Source: Nanobdellota archaeon
Lineage (GTDB): Archaea > Nanobdellota > Nanobdellia > Woesearchaeales > JAHWHD01
Assembly (NCBI GenBank): GCA_034722435.1
Contig: JAYENX010000058.1
Location: forward strand, 1-58,356
Length of the DNA stretch: 58,356 bases
Direction: 5' to 3'
In this document: positions 29,576-38,782 of the stretch, piece by piece
Numbering within the stretch: the first letter of the stretch is position 1
How the letters are laid out: each line of letters begins with the position of its first letter
Notes under the pieces: model-generated
What the model was told of the DNA's origin: nothing
Databases searched by the model: none
Seen by the model: only the letters and a program-made list of their open reading frames with translations
Program-made: the position numbers and the translations under genes

Positions 29576-31297
29576 ATGGATTTTAGAATATTCGCTAGAG
29601 GTAAAAAGGGTGAGGTGGCTCCAGAAATAAGTGCTTCTGCAGCTGCTACTTTAATTGCTATTATAGGTATATCAATTGTACTGTATATTGTTCTAATTCC
29701 ACCAGAAGCTAGACAAGAAATTTTAGGTGATAAACCTTATACGGCCTTACCAGGTCAAGAAAGTCTTAGTAATGAAATTGTGGAAAGAGAATTAATTAAT
29801 AAAACTCTCGTGCTGGAAAATATTGGAGAAGTTGATTATATTAAACAATCCGAAATTGAACATTCTATACCTGCAATGAATCTTTATACGCGGACTGCGG
29901 GAAGCGCTATAAGAGAAGTAAATTCATTATATATGAAAAACACTTTATTTTCTGAAGAATTTAAGTCTATAGAATTTCAGTTAAAAGATGTACACAACAC
30001 TGAAAATGTTTTGCTTAATTTTCTAGTAAAAGAAGGATCTGGAAGGTTGATTATAAAATTAAATGGGTTCGAAATATTCAATAATGAAATTGATACAATC
30101 AATATAAGACCTATTGAAATAAGTAAAGATATTTTACGAAATGATAATGTACTTGATTTTGAGGTTGAAAATCCAAGTTTCTTATTTTGGAAAGTTAATG
30201 AATATAGTCTAGAAAAAATAACAGTTACAGGAGATTTAACGGATGTTAGTAAAAGAGAGGCATCAGGATTATTTTATGTTGAGCCTGAAGAAAAAAGTAA
30301 TGCTGAAAAAGTAACACTTAACTTTTATCCTGATTGTGATGTCAGAAAAGTTGGAAGAATTAAAGTATCTCTTAACCAAAGAGAAATATACACAGGAATA
30401 CCTGATTGTAACATGTTGAACAAACAAGAGTTTCCACCAGAATATTTAGTAACAGGAAATAATGTTGTTAGTATGTTCGCAGAAAGCGGAGATTATTATG
30501 TTGACAATATCAAGGTAGATGTAGAACTTGAAGAACCTGATAATTACATTTTCTATTTTAATCTGGATGAAGATTATTTTAATGCATTAACAAGTAAAGA
30601 TCCTATATGCGGTGAAGTCGATAATATATGTCCTGATGATTGTGATGCAGATCTTGATAAAGATTGTTGCTTTGAAGCGAGTAGTAAGAATTTCTGGTGT
30701 GATATTGCAACAAGTGAAACTGATGATAGATGTGTAGGTGTGGTAACCTACGATAGATGTAAACTTTGTTCAAGCGGATATGAAGAAAAAGATGGCGATA
30801 TAGCCAAATCATGTAAAAATCTTTGCGGAGATGACAAAGATGGAATTTGTCCAATAGGTTGCACTAATTACGTTGATAAAGATTGTTGTCATACTAAATC
30901 TACGAATTATTGGTGTGAAGACGTTCCAAGAGAGACAGGAGTTCAAGGAGTTTGCAGAGATACTGTTTCTCAAGATGAATGCGAATATTGCCCCGAAGGT
31001 TACAAAAATAAAAATGGTGAAAGTCCAGGATGTCCTTCGAAATCCGATACAGAAATTGAAGATTATAAATTGAAAAGTAAATATGATGTTGATCTTAATT
31101 TAAAATTTGTCCACGATAATGAAGAAAAAGAAGGTGAGCTCATCATCAACAGTCATAAATTTTTCTTTGATACCAGAGATAATTTGTATAGTAGACAACT
31201 AGATCAATTTTTAGAACCTAATTTTAATTCAATACAATTAATACCTAAATCAAGCTTGAATATTGTTGAATTAGAAGTTAAACTAAAAGAGAGGTGA
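29576..31297 (+). CDS. Class III signal peptide (pilin-like) surface protein with two 10-Cys repeats
   Basis: RGKKG|EVAPE followed by a hydrophobic helix; beta-rich body; Cys-rich repeats at 30608-31036. Confidence 0.75.
   Translation: MDFRIFARGKKGEVAPEISASAAATLIAIIGISIVLYIVLIPPEARQEILGDKPYTALPGQESLSNEIVERELINKTLVLENIGEVDYIKQSEIEHSIPAMNLYTRTAGSAIREVNSLYMKNTLFSEEFKSIEFQLKDVHNTENVLLNFLVKEGSGRLIIKLNGFEIFNNEIDTINIRPIEISKDILRNDNVLDFEVENPSFLFWKVNEYSLEKITVTGDLTDVSKREASGLFYVEPEEKSNAEKVTLNFYPDCDVRKVGRIKVSLNQREIYTGIPDCNMLNKQEFPPEYLVTGNNVVSMFAESGDYYVDNIKVDVELEEPDNYIFYFNLDEDYFNALTSKDPICGEVDNICPDDCDADLDKDCCFEASSKNFWCDIATSETDDRCVGVVTYDRCKLCSSGYEEKDGDIAKSCKNLCGDDKDGICPIGCTNYVDKDCCHTKSTNYWCEDVPRETGVQGVCRDTVSQDECEYCPEGYKNKNGESPGCPSKSDTEIEDYKLKSKYDVDLNLKFVHDNEEKEGELIINSHKFFFDTRDNLYSRQLDQFLEPNFNSIQLIPKSSLNIVELEVKLKER
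30608..31036 (+). repeat. Two tandem ~72-aa protein repeats with 10 Cys each
   Basis: Pattern CG-x-D-x-ICP-xx-C-xxxx-DKDCC-...-WC-...-C-...-CxxC-xx-GY-...-C, starting at codons 30608 and 30824. Confidence 0.9.
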
Positions 31298-31312
31298 TTT
31301 TTTCTTTTTTTT
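31298..31312 (+). terminator. Oligo-T archaeal terminator-like tract
   Basis: T6-C-T8 immediately after the stop codon. Confidence 0.5.
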
Positions 31313-31323
31313 GAATAATTAAA

Positions 31324-33702
31324 ATGGTAATTGAGTATGCTAAAGCAATCGCTGGCGCTTTAAACCAGTTTGCAAATCCTTTAAGTCAAAGCAATAAACA
31401 AGCGGGCACTACAGGACCTATGTTTGCCATATTGTTTACCATTGTACTATATTATTTCTTACCATATGACCAAAGTATAATTATATCCGTAGTTTTAAAC
31501 ATGACAGTATTTCTATTTTTTATAAGAGGGTTTAGAAAATGGATATATGGCATAGCACTATTTCAGTTGTTTGTACATTATATGATTGGACAGATGAATG
31601 CCGTTCCATTCGCGTTTAATTTGAACGTTATAATTGCTCAGTTCATTATTTGGCCAATATGGCCCATCTTTGGAGTAATTGTTTTTATGGGGGCGTGTCA
31701 AAATGCAGAAAATAGAGGTATCTCATTACCGCCTCTTTCTAACATGTTCAGAATTTTTGTTATCATGATTATAATAGCCATGTTTGTATCTCATTTTTAT
31801 ACACAATTTTATGTACCTATCCCATCTGAAAGATTGCAAGAAGCCAGGGAGTTCAGTCTAAAAACGTGGAACTATATCAACACTAATCTTGGTAATGCGT
31901 TAAAGATTGTTAGGTTTACATTTTCTTGCTGGATGGAGCAAATATACCTTGAACAGAAAACGGATATAGATTCGTGCGTGAAAGAGAAGATGAGCCCCAG
32001 TGATAATGAAACTATCCAGGGAGGAACAGATAAAACTATACAAGAAATTGTGAAAGCAGATTTAAGGTCTCCGCCTTATCTTACAAACGAGCTAGGAACT
32101 GAAGAGGCTTTTGAAGTTGGAGCAGTACTTGACGTATTTAACCCAAAAAAAGAAAAGTTAGATATTGAGGTTAAATGTAAAATTAAAAATGATAGACAGA
32201 GTGAAATTCCTTCAAAAATAACAGGAACTCAAGGAAATGTTGATACTTCCGGAAAAATTGTAACTTATAAAAATGTTGATAGACTTTATTCTGATCTTAT
32301 ATGTATGCCAGAATTAACACCTAATTTAGCTAAAGGATTTTATACAGTTACTTTTGAAGCTACAATAAAAAATGTTGCAACCCAGGCAAAATTAGTAAAC
32401 CTTTTCATGGCGAGAGATGCGTTAACTAGTCTTATAACGGATTATGCAAAAGAAAGAAAGATTAGTGTAACATCTAAAACTGAAGCTAGCGTTATGCGAG
32501 CAATATTCCCAGGGTTAGTGGCAACTTATTATAAAGGGGGTAAGGTTGAATCAAAAGCTGAAGAAAGTTTTCTTAAACCTATGCTAGAAACGCGAAATGT
32601 TCCAATAATAGGATATATTGCAGATGATGAAAGAAGTACAATGGGTCTTAAAGTAGGTGTACAGAATATGGCAAAAGGAACACCAGGAAAAGCTACAATC
32701 TCATTTACGCTCCCTGACGATATGAAGATTGTCCCAAGCGAGTGTAAAGAATACAAGCTTAAAGAAGGAACCACCAATGTTTATGAATATAAAGCAAGAA
32801 TTTCTCTTGATAAATTGAAGTATAATGCTCAACCAACTGCATTACCGAGATGTTTTGTTAGTATAAGCAATCTTAAAACAATAAATCCTAATGTGCCTGA
32901 ACCAAGAACATTTGTAGTTGATTTAGTATACGATTATACTTTAAAGAAAGAATTAATTGTAAAAGTTAAAAGTTATGGGTATGAAGGTTTAACTGCAGTT
33001 ACCTTACCAAGTGTTGAATGGAAAAAATGTCAAGGAGTTTTTCCTTTAAATGTGACAGATATTAAGAGAAGTACGATTAATGAATGTGGCAGAGATTCTG
33101 ATGGAGGTACTGTTAAATTTGATACTTTTATGAAATATTATAAACAAAATGGTCTTGACCAGATTGAAGAGTTAGATGAATTATTGTTATTATCTCTTGC
33201 TCATGTAGAGACAGGATGTGAGCCAAGTCCAGGGAATAAAGAGGGAATAATGCAAGTTCCTCAACAAACCTCAACTGATAATCTTGACGGAATTGAAAAT
33301 ATGGATCGAGCTATTGATTTGGGAAGTAAAGAGATAAAAACTAGATTCGATGATGTTAAAAAATTAGGTTATTCTGGAGAGGATGCAATCAAGTTGGCGC
33401 TTTATGGATATAATAGAGGTAAAGGTTCTATGGATCTTGCTGTAGAATTTATGAAAACAGGTAAAGGAGTAAATGAAGCTATGCTTCTTGCTTGTTATGA
33501 TAAATATGATGCTGGTGGTTATTTGAATAAAGTAACTGGGAAGACTTGTTCAGGTTTTGATAGAAATGCTTGTTGTGGTGCGCCAGGAACTGAAAATGGA
33601 AAGTTCCATTCAGGAGAAGGTCTTGGAGCAAGATATCCTGAAAAGGTCATTAATAAGTATAAAGATGCGTGCGGGTCAACGCCTGGTGGAAGTTTAGCAT
33701 GA
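31324..33702 (+). CDS. Multi-pass membrane-anchored surface protein with C-terminal soluble lytic transglycosylase (SLT/GH23 lysozyme-like) domain
   Basis: About 4-5 hydrophobic segments in the first ~160 aa. SLT motifs in order: LLLSLAHVET (E629), GIMQV (641-645), ALYGYNRG (Y696-G699), YPEKV. Confidence 0.82.
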   Translation: MVIEYAKAIAGALNQFANPLSQSNKQAGTTGPMFAILFTIVLYYFLPYDQSIIISVVLNMTVFLFFIRGFRKWIYGIALFQLFVHYMIGQMNAVPFAFNLNVIIAQFIIWPIWPIFGVIVFMGACQNAENRGISLPPLSNMFRIFVIMIIIAMFVSHFYTQFYVPIPSERLQEAREFSLKTWNYINTNLGNALKIVRFTFSCWMEQIYLEQKTDIDSCVKEKMSPSDNETIQGGTDKTIQEIVKADLRSPPYLTNELGTEEAFEVGAVLDVFNPKKEKLDIEVKCKIKNDRQSEIPSKITGTQGNVDTSGKIVTYKNVDRLYSDLICMPELTPNLAKGFYTVTFEATIKNVATQAKLVNLFMARDALTSLITDYAKERKISVTSKTEASVMRAIFPGLVATYYKGGKVESKAEESFLKPMLETRNVPIIGYIADDERSTMGLKVGVQNMAKGTPGKATISFTLPDDMKIVPSECKEYKLKEGTTNVYEYKARISLDKLKYNAQPTALPRCFVSISNLKTINPNVPEPRTFVVDLVYDYTLKKELIVKVKSYGYEGLTAVTLPSVEWKKCQGVFPLNVTDIKRSTINECGRDSDGGTVKFDTFMKYYKQNGLDQIEELDELLLLSLAHVETGCEPSPGNKEGIMQVPQQTSTDNLDGIENMDRAIDLGSKEIKTRFDDVKKLGYSGEDAIKLALYGYNRGKGSMDLAVEFMKTGKGVNEAMLLACYDKYDAGGYLNKVTGKTCSGFDRNACCGAPGTENGKFHSGEGLGARYPEKVINKYKDACGSTPGGSLA

Positions 33703-34655
33703 AAAAAATAAATTTAATTCTTTCTTTAGTACTAATTTTATTGGTTTTAGTTAGTTGTACAGGGACTAAACTTGCAGGTGTTGAAACCGTAATATACAAA
33801 GGAACTGATGGATTAAGAATGGACATTTTAGAAGGTCTTCCACCAAAAGAAATGTATGTCGGAACAAAAGAGAGTCCGGCGTATTTACAAATAGGTATCG
33901 AGCTCGAAAATCAAGGTGCTTATGATATTACAGAAGGAGTTCTAGCAATCAGTTACGATAGAAAATTTAATGATTTAAGTCAGACGTCAGTTGATACATT
34001 TAACTTAAGAGGGCGAAGTCAACTTACACCCATAGGAGATATAACACGAAAGACGTTCACAGTTAAAAATTATGGATTACCTCCAGGAAGTAAAAGTGTA
34101 TTCGTTATTAGCGGATGTTATAAATATGAAACTACAGCTACTGTCGATGTATGTATAAGTCCTTATTATAGTCCTCTTGTTAAAGTTGGTGAAGATGTGT
34201 GTAAGGCAAAAGATTTTACTAACATTAAATTATCAGGGGGACAAGGGGGGCCTGTAGCTATAACAAATGTAAGAGAAAGTATAAGGCCAACTGAACATGA
34301 TCTAGTTGAGATTGTTTTTGCAATAACTCTCGATAATTTCGGTGACGGTAACGTAAGATCTGAAGAAAATTATGATAAAGAATGTAGAGAGGGTGCTGAA
34401 TCTCTGAGTATCAAAGATATTAAAACTGCACGAATTAAAGAAATATCGTTCTCAGATTATAGTCTAGCTAATAACAGAATTGAATGTTATCCTAAAGAGT
34501 TAAGAGTTGGAGAAAAAACAATAATCTGTTCTGCTAAGATTGATAAAAGAGTTGTGAAATCTCCATATCTAACACCATTAAAAATAAAAATAGGATATGG
34601 ATATGTCTCTCGAGAATATCCTGTAATTAACTTTAAAGAAAGGACTGAGATATAG
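33699..34655 (+). CDS. Lipoprotein-like secreted beta-sandwich protein, paralog 1
   Basis: Signal ending LVSC; YKGTDGL, GGQGGPVAIT, GYGY. ATGA overlap with the SLT gene. Confidence 0.75.
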   Translation: MKKINLILSLVLILLVLVSCTGTKLAGVETVIYKGTDGLRMDILEGLPPKEMYVGTKESPAYLQIGIELENQGAYDITEGVLAISYDRKFNDLSQTSVDTFNLRGRSQLTPIGDITRKTFTVKNYGLPPGSKSVFVISGCYKYETTATVDVCISPYYSPLVKVGEDVCKAKDFTNIKLSGGQGGPVAITNVRESIRPTEHDLVEIVFAITLDNFGDGNVRSEENYDKECREGAESLSIKDIKTARIKEISFSDYSLANNRIECYPKELRVGEKTIICSAKIDKRVVKSPYLTPLKIKIGYGYVSREYPVINFKERTEI

Positions 34656-34695
34656 CCGAAAAACTTATATAATCAATAGAGTGTTTATATATAAA

Positions 34696-35613
34696 ATGAT
34701 AGAAAAGAAGAGTCTATTAATAATTGTATCTTTGTTATTTATAATTCTTATTTCTGCTTGTACAGGTAATCAACAAACAAAACCTGGACTTGAAGAAGAT
34801 TTATACACCGGCACGCAAGGACTTGAGATTAGACTTTTACCAAATGCTCCGCCTGCAAAATTGTTTGCCACACCAAGAACGCAACTTAATTTTATAGTAG
34901 AATTAAGAAACAGAGGAGTTTTTGAAACTTCAGGCCTTTTATTCTTGGGAGGATATGATCCCAATATAATTCCCATAAGAGATTATGCTAAAGATTTTGG
35001 ACCTATTGAAGGAAAAACAGAGTATAATCGTGAAGGAGGATTTCAAACAGTAGATTATCAAGCTTTAGGGATTTTTATGCCAGAAGGTCTTGACAGATTA
35101 AATCAGCCTTTTTCTTTAACTGCAATTTATGATTATGAAACTCTCGCCACAGGAGTTGTATGTATAGATCCTAATCCATATGCACCAGTACAACCTACAA
35201 TTCAAACTTGTATTCCTCAAGATATCACCATGGGAGGAGGACAAGGCGCACCTGTAGCTGTAAGTCTTGTAGAAGTTCAATCTACTGGTGAAAAGGTATT
35301 TTTTAAGATACACGTTACAAATGTAGGGGATGGAAGTGTTGTTTTAGTGGGTGAACGTGATCCTTTCGCAGTAAGGGATGATATTGAACGAATAAATAAA
35401 ATATTCTATGAAGTGACCCTTTCAGGATTATATGGAGAATGTAAACCGGCAAATCCATTAAGGATAGTAAATGAAAGAGGAATAATATTTTGTGAATTCC
35501 CTATACCATTTGAACAAAAAGATCCTTACCAAACAACTTTAAAAGTAAGACTTAGCTATGGATATGTTAGCGAATTAATAACAAATGTACAATTAGTTAA
35601 AACACCAAAATAG
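34696..35613 (+). CDS. Lipoprotein-like secreted beta-sandwich protein, paralog 2
   Basis: Signal ending ISAC; YTGTQGL, GGQGAPVAVS, SYGY. Confidence 0.75.
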   Translation: MIEKKSLLIIVSLLFIILISACTGNQQTKPGLEEDLYTGTQGLEIRLLPNAPPAKLFATPRTQLNFIVELRNRGVFETSGLLFLGGYDPNIIPIRDYAKDFGPIEGKTEYNREGGFQTVDYQALGIFMPEGLDRLNQPFSLTAIYDYETLATGVVCIDPNPYAPVQPTIQTCIPQDITMGGGQGAPVAVSLVEVQSTGEKVFFKIHVTNVGDGSVVLVGERDPFAVRDDIERINKIFYEVTLSGLYGECKPANPLRIVNERGIIFCEFPIPFEQKDPYQTTLKVRLSYGYVSELITNVQLVKTPK

Positions 35614-35628
35614 GAGGATTAAGTTAAA

Positions 35629-36543
35629 ATGAATAAAAAATTAATAGTTCTGATTTCAATTATGATTATTCTAATATTAACAGTAGGTTGTAAACCAAAT
35701 GAAGAGGCACCTATTGGAGAAACAGTATACAAAGGAGGGTCTCAAGGTTTAGTTGCAACATTTGAACCTTTCGGGATTCAAGAAGGGGGAGTGTATACAA
35801 TATTCGATACAGAAACATTCCCAATCGAAGTTTTGGTACAAAATAAAGGTGAACAAGATATAGAAATTGGAGATGCGAAAGTTATTTTAAAAGGGATTAG
35901 TGTTAATGATTTTGAAGGTATTGCAAGTTCTGATTTAACTAACACTGACAAAATTGAAAAAGTTTCAGAGTTTAATCCATTAGGAGGAGAAGTAAGGATT
36001 GATTTTACTCCAAGTAGTGATGCGAAGTATAATCTTGACGTAGTAGGTTTTACCAGTGTTGATGTCTTTGCAGCTTACGAATATCTTTACAAAACTAATG
36101 TAATTGCGCCTAAAGTTTGTTTTAAAGAAGATTTAAGAGATACTTCAATTTGTAATGTAGACGAAGCAAAAGAATTTTCTGTAAGTTCTGCACCAATTAC
36201 GGTTACAAGTGTTGAAGAAGCATCTGCCGGAAAAGGTATAATAGCTTTAGTTTTTACAATTTCAAATGTGGGCGGAGGTAAAGTTACACTCCCGGGAGAA
36301 GATTTTGATGTAAGGTATGGAAGAGTTAGATACGAAATTGATGAGCCTGAAAAATGGGAATGTAAAGCTGCAGGTCTAGAAAATGAAGCTAGGCTAGTAG
36401 ATGGTCAAGCACAAATAAGGTGTAGATTAAACACTCCTTTAGAAGAAGATAGTCTTTATACCAGACAAGTTTCGTTGGCTCTAGAATATAAGTATCAAAG
36501 TATAATCCAAGATACTATCAAGATAAAAGAAAGTCAAGAATAA
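35629..36543 (+). CDS. Lipoprotein-like secreted beta-sandwich protein, paralog 3
   Basis: Signal ending TVGC; YKGGSQGL, SSAPITVT, EYKY. Confidence 0.75.
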   Translation: MNKKLIVLISIMIILILTVGCKPNEEAPIGETVYKGGSQGLVATFEPFGIQEGGVYTIFDTETFPIEVLVQNKGEQDIEIGDAKVILKGISVNDFEGIASSDLTNTDKIEKVSEFNPLGGEVRIDFTPSSDAKYNLDVVGFTSVDVFAAYEYLYKTNVIAPKVCFKEDLRDTSICNVDEAKEFSVSSAPITVTSVEEASAGKGIIALVFTISNVGGGKVTLPGEDFDVRYGRVRYEIDEPEKWECKAAGLENEARLVDGQAQIRCRLNTPLEEDSLYTRQVSLALEYKYQSIIQDTIKIKESQE

Positions 36544-36573
36544 TTTATTTATTTTTTCTTAATATTTTTATAT

Positions 36574-37533
36574 TCATTCTGAACCTAAAAGGACAGCATA
36601 AGCAAGAAGAGCTTCCAACTGAATAAATTCGTCACTTCCTTCAACCATTCTAAATTCAATATCTCCGCATTTACTAATAAATTTAACTTTTTTTCTGCCA
36701 TCAATTTCAAGATTCCATATCTCTTTTTGGATTTGTTTAATCACATCTAAACCTGAAAGTCCGTGGTTAAGCATGACATCAAGAAGTTTGTTTCTTGCAA
36801 TCATAAAATTGTTTTTAATAGCTAATTCTAACACTTCTTTAAGCTCTTTAGGTTTAGCGGCGGAAGCCATATTATAAATTACATCTTCGTCTATTTTTTG
36901 CGAAATTACTGCGGAACTTTGAAGAATGTTTTCAATACGTCGACAGTCTCCATTTGAAATTTGAAAAAGTGCTTCTTTTGCTTCAGGATTTATATCGAGA
37001 GATTCCTTTTGAGCAATATGATCTACCAATTCAAGTATTTCTTCTTTAGATAGTAACTTAAACCTAAAAACTGCACATCTGCTTTGAATCGGATCAATAA
37101 TTTTTGATGAAAAATTACAAGAAAGTATAAAACGACAAGTTTGAGTATAATTTTCCATCGTACGTCTTAATGCCTGCTGCGCTTCTTTAGTCAGAGCATC
37201 GCATTCGTCAAGGTATATTATTTTAAAAGGTACATTTCCTATTGCCCGAGTTCTTGCAAAATCTTTGACATTATTCCTAATAATATCTATACCTCTTTGA
37301 TCGGAAGCGTTCAGTTCTAAGAAGTTATTTCTCCAAGAGTCTCCAAACAATTCTCTTGCCACGATAAGAGATAAAGTGGTCTTACCTACTCCTGCAGGTC
37401 CTGCAAACATAAGGTGTGGCATATTTTTTTGTTCAACAAAGGCACGTATTCTTTTAACAATATGTTTTTGGCCTTTCATCTCTTCAAATGTTTTTGGTCT
37501 ATATTTCTCAGTCCAAATAGAAGATTCTGACAT
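36574..37533 (-). CDS. rfcS: Replication factor C small subunit
   Basis: WTEKYRP, GPAGVGKTT, ELNASD, LDECD, SRC motif. Confidence 0.98.
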   Translation of the reverse strand: MSESSIWTEKYRPKTFEEMKGQKHIVKRIRAFVEQKNMPHLMFAGPAGVGKTTLSLIVARELFGDSWRNNFLELNASDQRGIDIIRNNVKDFARTRAIGNVPFKIIYLDECDALTKEAQQALRRTMENYTQTCRFILSCNFSSKIIDPIQSRCAVFRFKLLSKEEILELVDHIAQKESLDINPEAKEALFQISNGDCRRIENILQSSAVISQKIDEDVIYNMASAAKPKELKEVLELAIKNNFMIARNKLLDVMLNHGLSGLDVIKQIQKEIWNLEIDGRKKVKFISKCGDIEFRMVEGSDEFIQLEALLAYAVLLGSE

Positions 37534-37625
37534 AATAGATTTAGATTTGGCGGTTGTTTATAAATTTAATTGTAGTGAAGAAATAATATAAATAGAATTA
37601 AGAAAAATAAATAGAATTAAAAAAA

Positions 37626-37889
37626 TTAAATAATATCTTCTTCAGCAATAACCATAAAATCACCCATAGCAATTACTGCGCTAAAAGGTATCAAAATATT
37701 GCCTTCTTTATCCTTTTCAAGCTCTAGTTTCTCAGTATAAGAAGTTGGAGCCTTTAGCATAAGATGAATCAATTCACCAGAACGCGTTTCAAAAACAACA
37801 TCGCCGACTTCTCCAAAACGTTTTCCTGTTTTGCTGACTACAGTTTTACCAATAATGTCCTTTGAAAATTTTTTATCTTCGTCTGTCAT
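37626..37889 (-). CDS. Stand-alone PRC-barrel protein (CdpB-like, FtsZ/SepF-associated division factor)
   Basis: IIGKTVVSKTGKRFGEVGDV.F...SGEL...IPFSAV.AMGDFMVI. Confidence 0.8.
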   Translation of the reverse strand: MTDEDKKFSKDIIGKTVVSKTGKRFGEVGDVVFETRSGELIHLMLKAPTSYTEKLELEKDKEGNILIPFSAVIAMGDFMVIAEEDII

Positions 37890-37972
37890 ATAGTATCCCC
37901 TCTATAATTATAATGAATAATATGAATACGAATTAATATATAAAGGTTGCTATTTAGATTAAATATAGAAAA

Positions 37973-38782
37973 TTAAAGATTAAAACATTCATTTTTAAGA
38001 CTGCACGCTTTACATTTGTTGAGGTTAGCACATTTTTTAGGAGTATCCCCAGATGTAAGAAGTAATTTCACCTTATTTTTGAGATCTATAACCTCTTCTT
38101 TTAAAAATGGATTAAGTGTAATATCTACTTGCTTATCATAGTCTAAATAATGAATGATTCCGGTATTAATGGATGATTCAAATTTCTCATTAAAAAGCAA
38201 CATATAAGCTGCAATCTGAATCTTGTGACCTGGCCAAACACCTTCTACAGGGGCTTTTCCAGTTTTCAATTCAACAGGAATTACTTTGTCAGGATAAACA
38301 TGAATCTGATCAATAATTCCTCTAAGTTCTAAACTTTTAGAATTTATTCTTACTTCAGATTTAATTTTTGGGAAAAGTGAATCCCAGAGTTTTGTACCAA
38401 ATATTTTATTGTCCAGTATAAAATTAAAAAGGTTTAAAGAACGTCTTTCAGATTCTTTCATAAAATGCGGCCAGATTTCTCGATATGCGTCAATAAGGGG
38501 GAGTGAAACACCCTTTAATCGGTACTTATTAGACATGATTGACGAGCGTAATGCTTTTGAAAAATATTTTACATAAAGATTGAGTATATGTTTAAAATCA
38601 TGAGATTGTTGAATAGATGTAACTATCGATTCTTCAATATCGTTGATTTTCTCAAAAGTTAAATGTCTTATAGTTCCTTTAACCATCACATCTTTAGGAG
38701 GTTCACTTAATTTGAGGACATCAGTTAAATAAAGTTTTCTAGAGCAATATAGATAAGAAGATAATTTTGTAACTGATATCAT
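37973..38782 (-). CDS. Solo Cas4-like PD-(D/E)XK nuclease with Fe-S cysteines
   Basis: YLYCSRK, GIIDQI, PVELKTG, QIAAY, C-terminal CANLNKCKACSLKNEC. ATG 38782 is 22 nt from a TATA box. No CRISPR array or other cas genes nearby. Confidence 0.85.
   Translation of the reverse strand: MISVTKLSSYLYCSRKLYLTDVLKLSEPPKDVMVKGTIRHLTFEKINDIEESIVTSIQQSHDFKHILNLYVKYFSKALRSSIMSNKYRLKGVSLPLIDAYREIWPHFMKESERRSLNLFNFILDNKIFGTKLWDSLFPKIKSEVRINSKSLELRGIIDQIHVYPDKVIPVELKTGKAPVEGVWPGHKIQIAAYMLLFNEKFESSINTGIIHYLDYDKQVDITLNPFLKEEVIDLKNKVKLLLTSGDTPKKCANLNKCKACSLKNECFNL

Noticed and set aside
37973-38782. CRISPR-Cas locus
   Set aside because: No repeat-spacer array and no cas1/cas2 or effector genes in the window. 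The repeats at 42763-42881 and 52179-52306 are too few and irregular to be an array.
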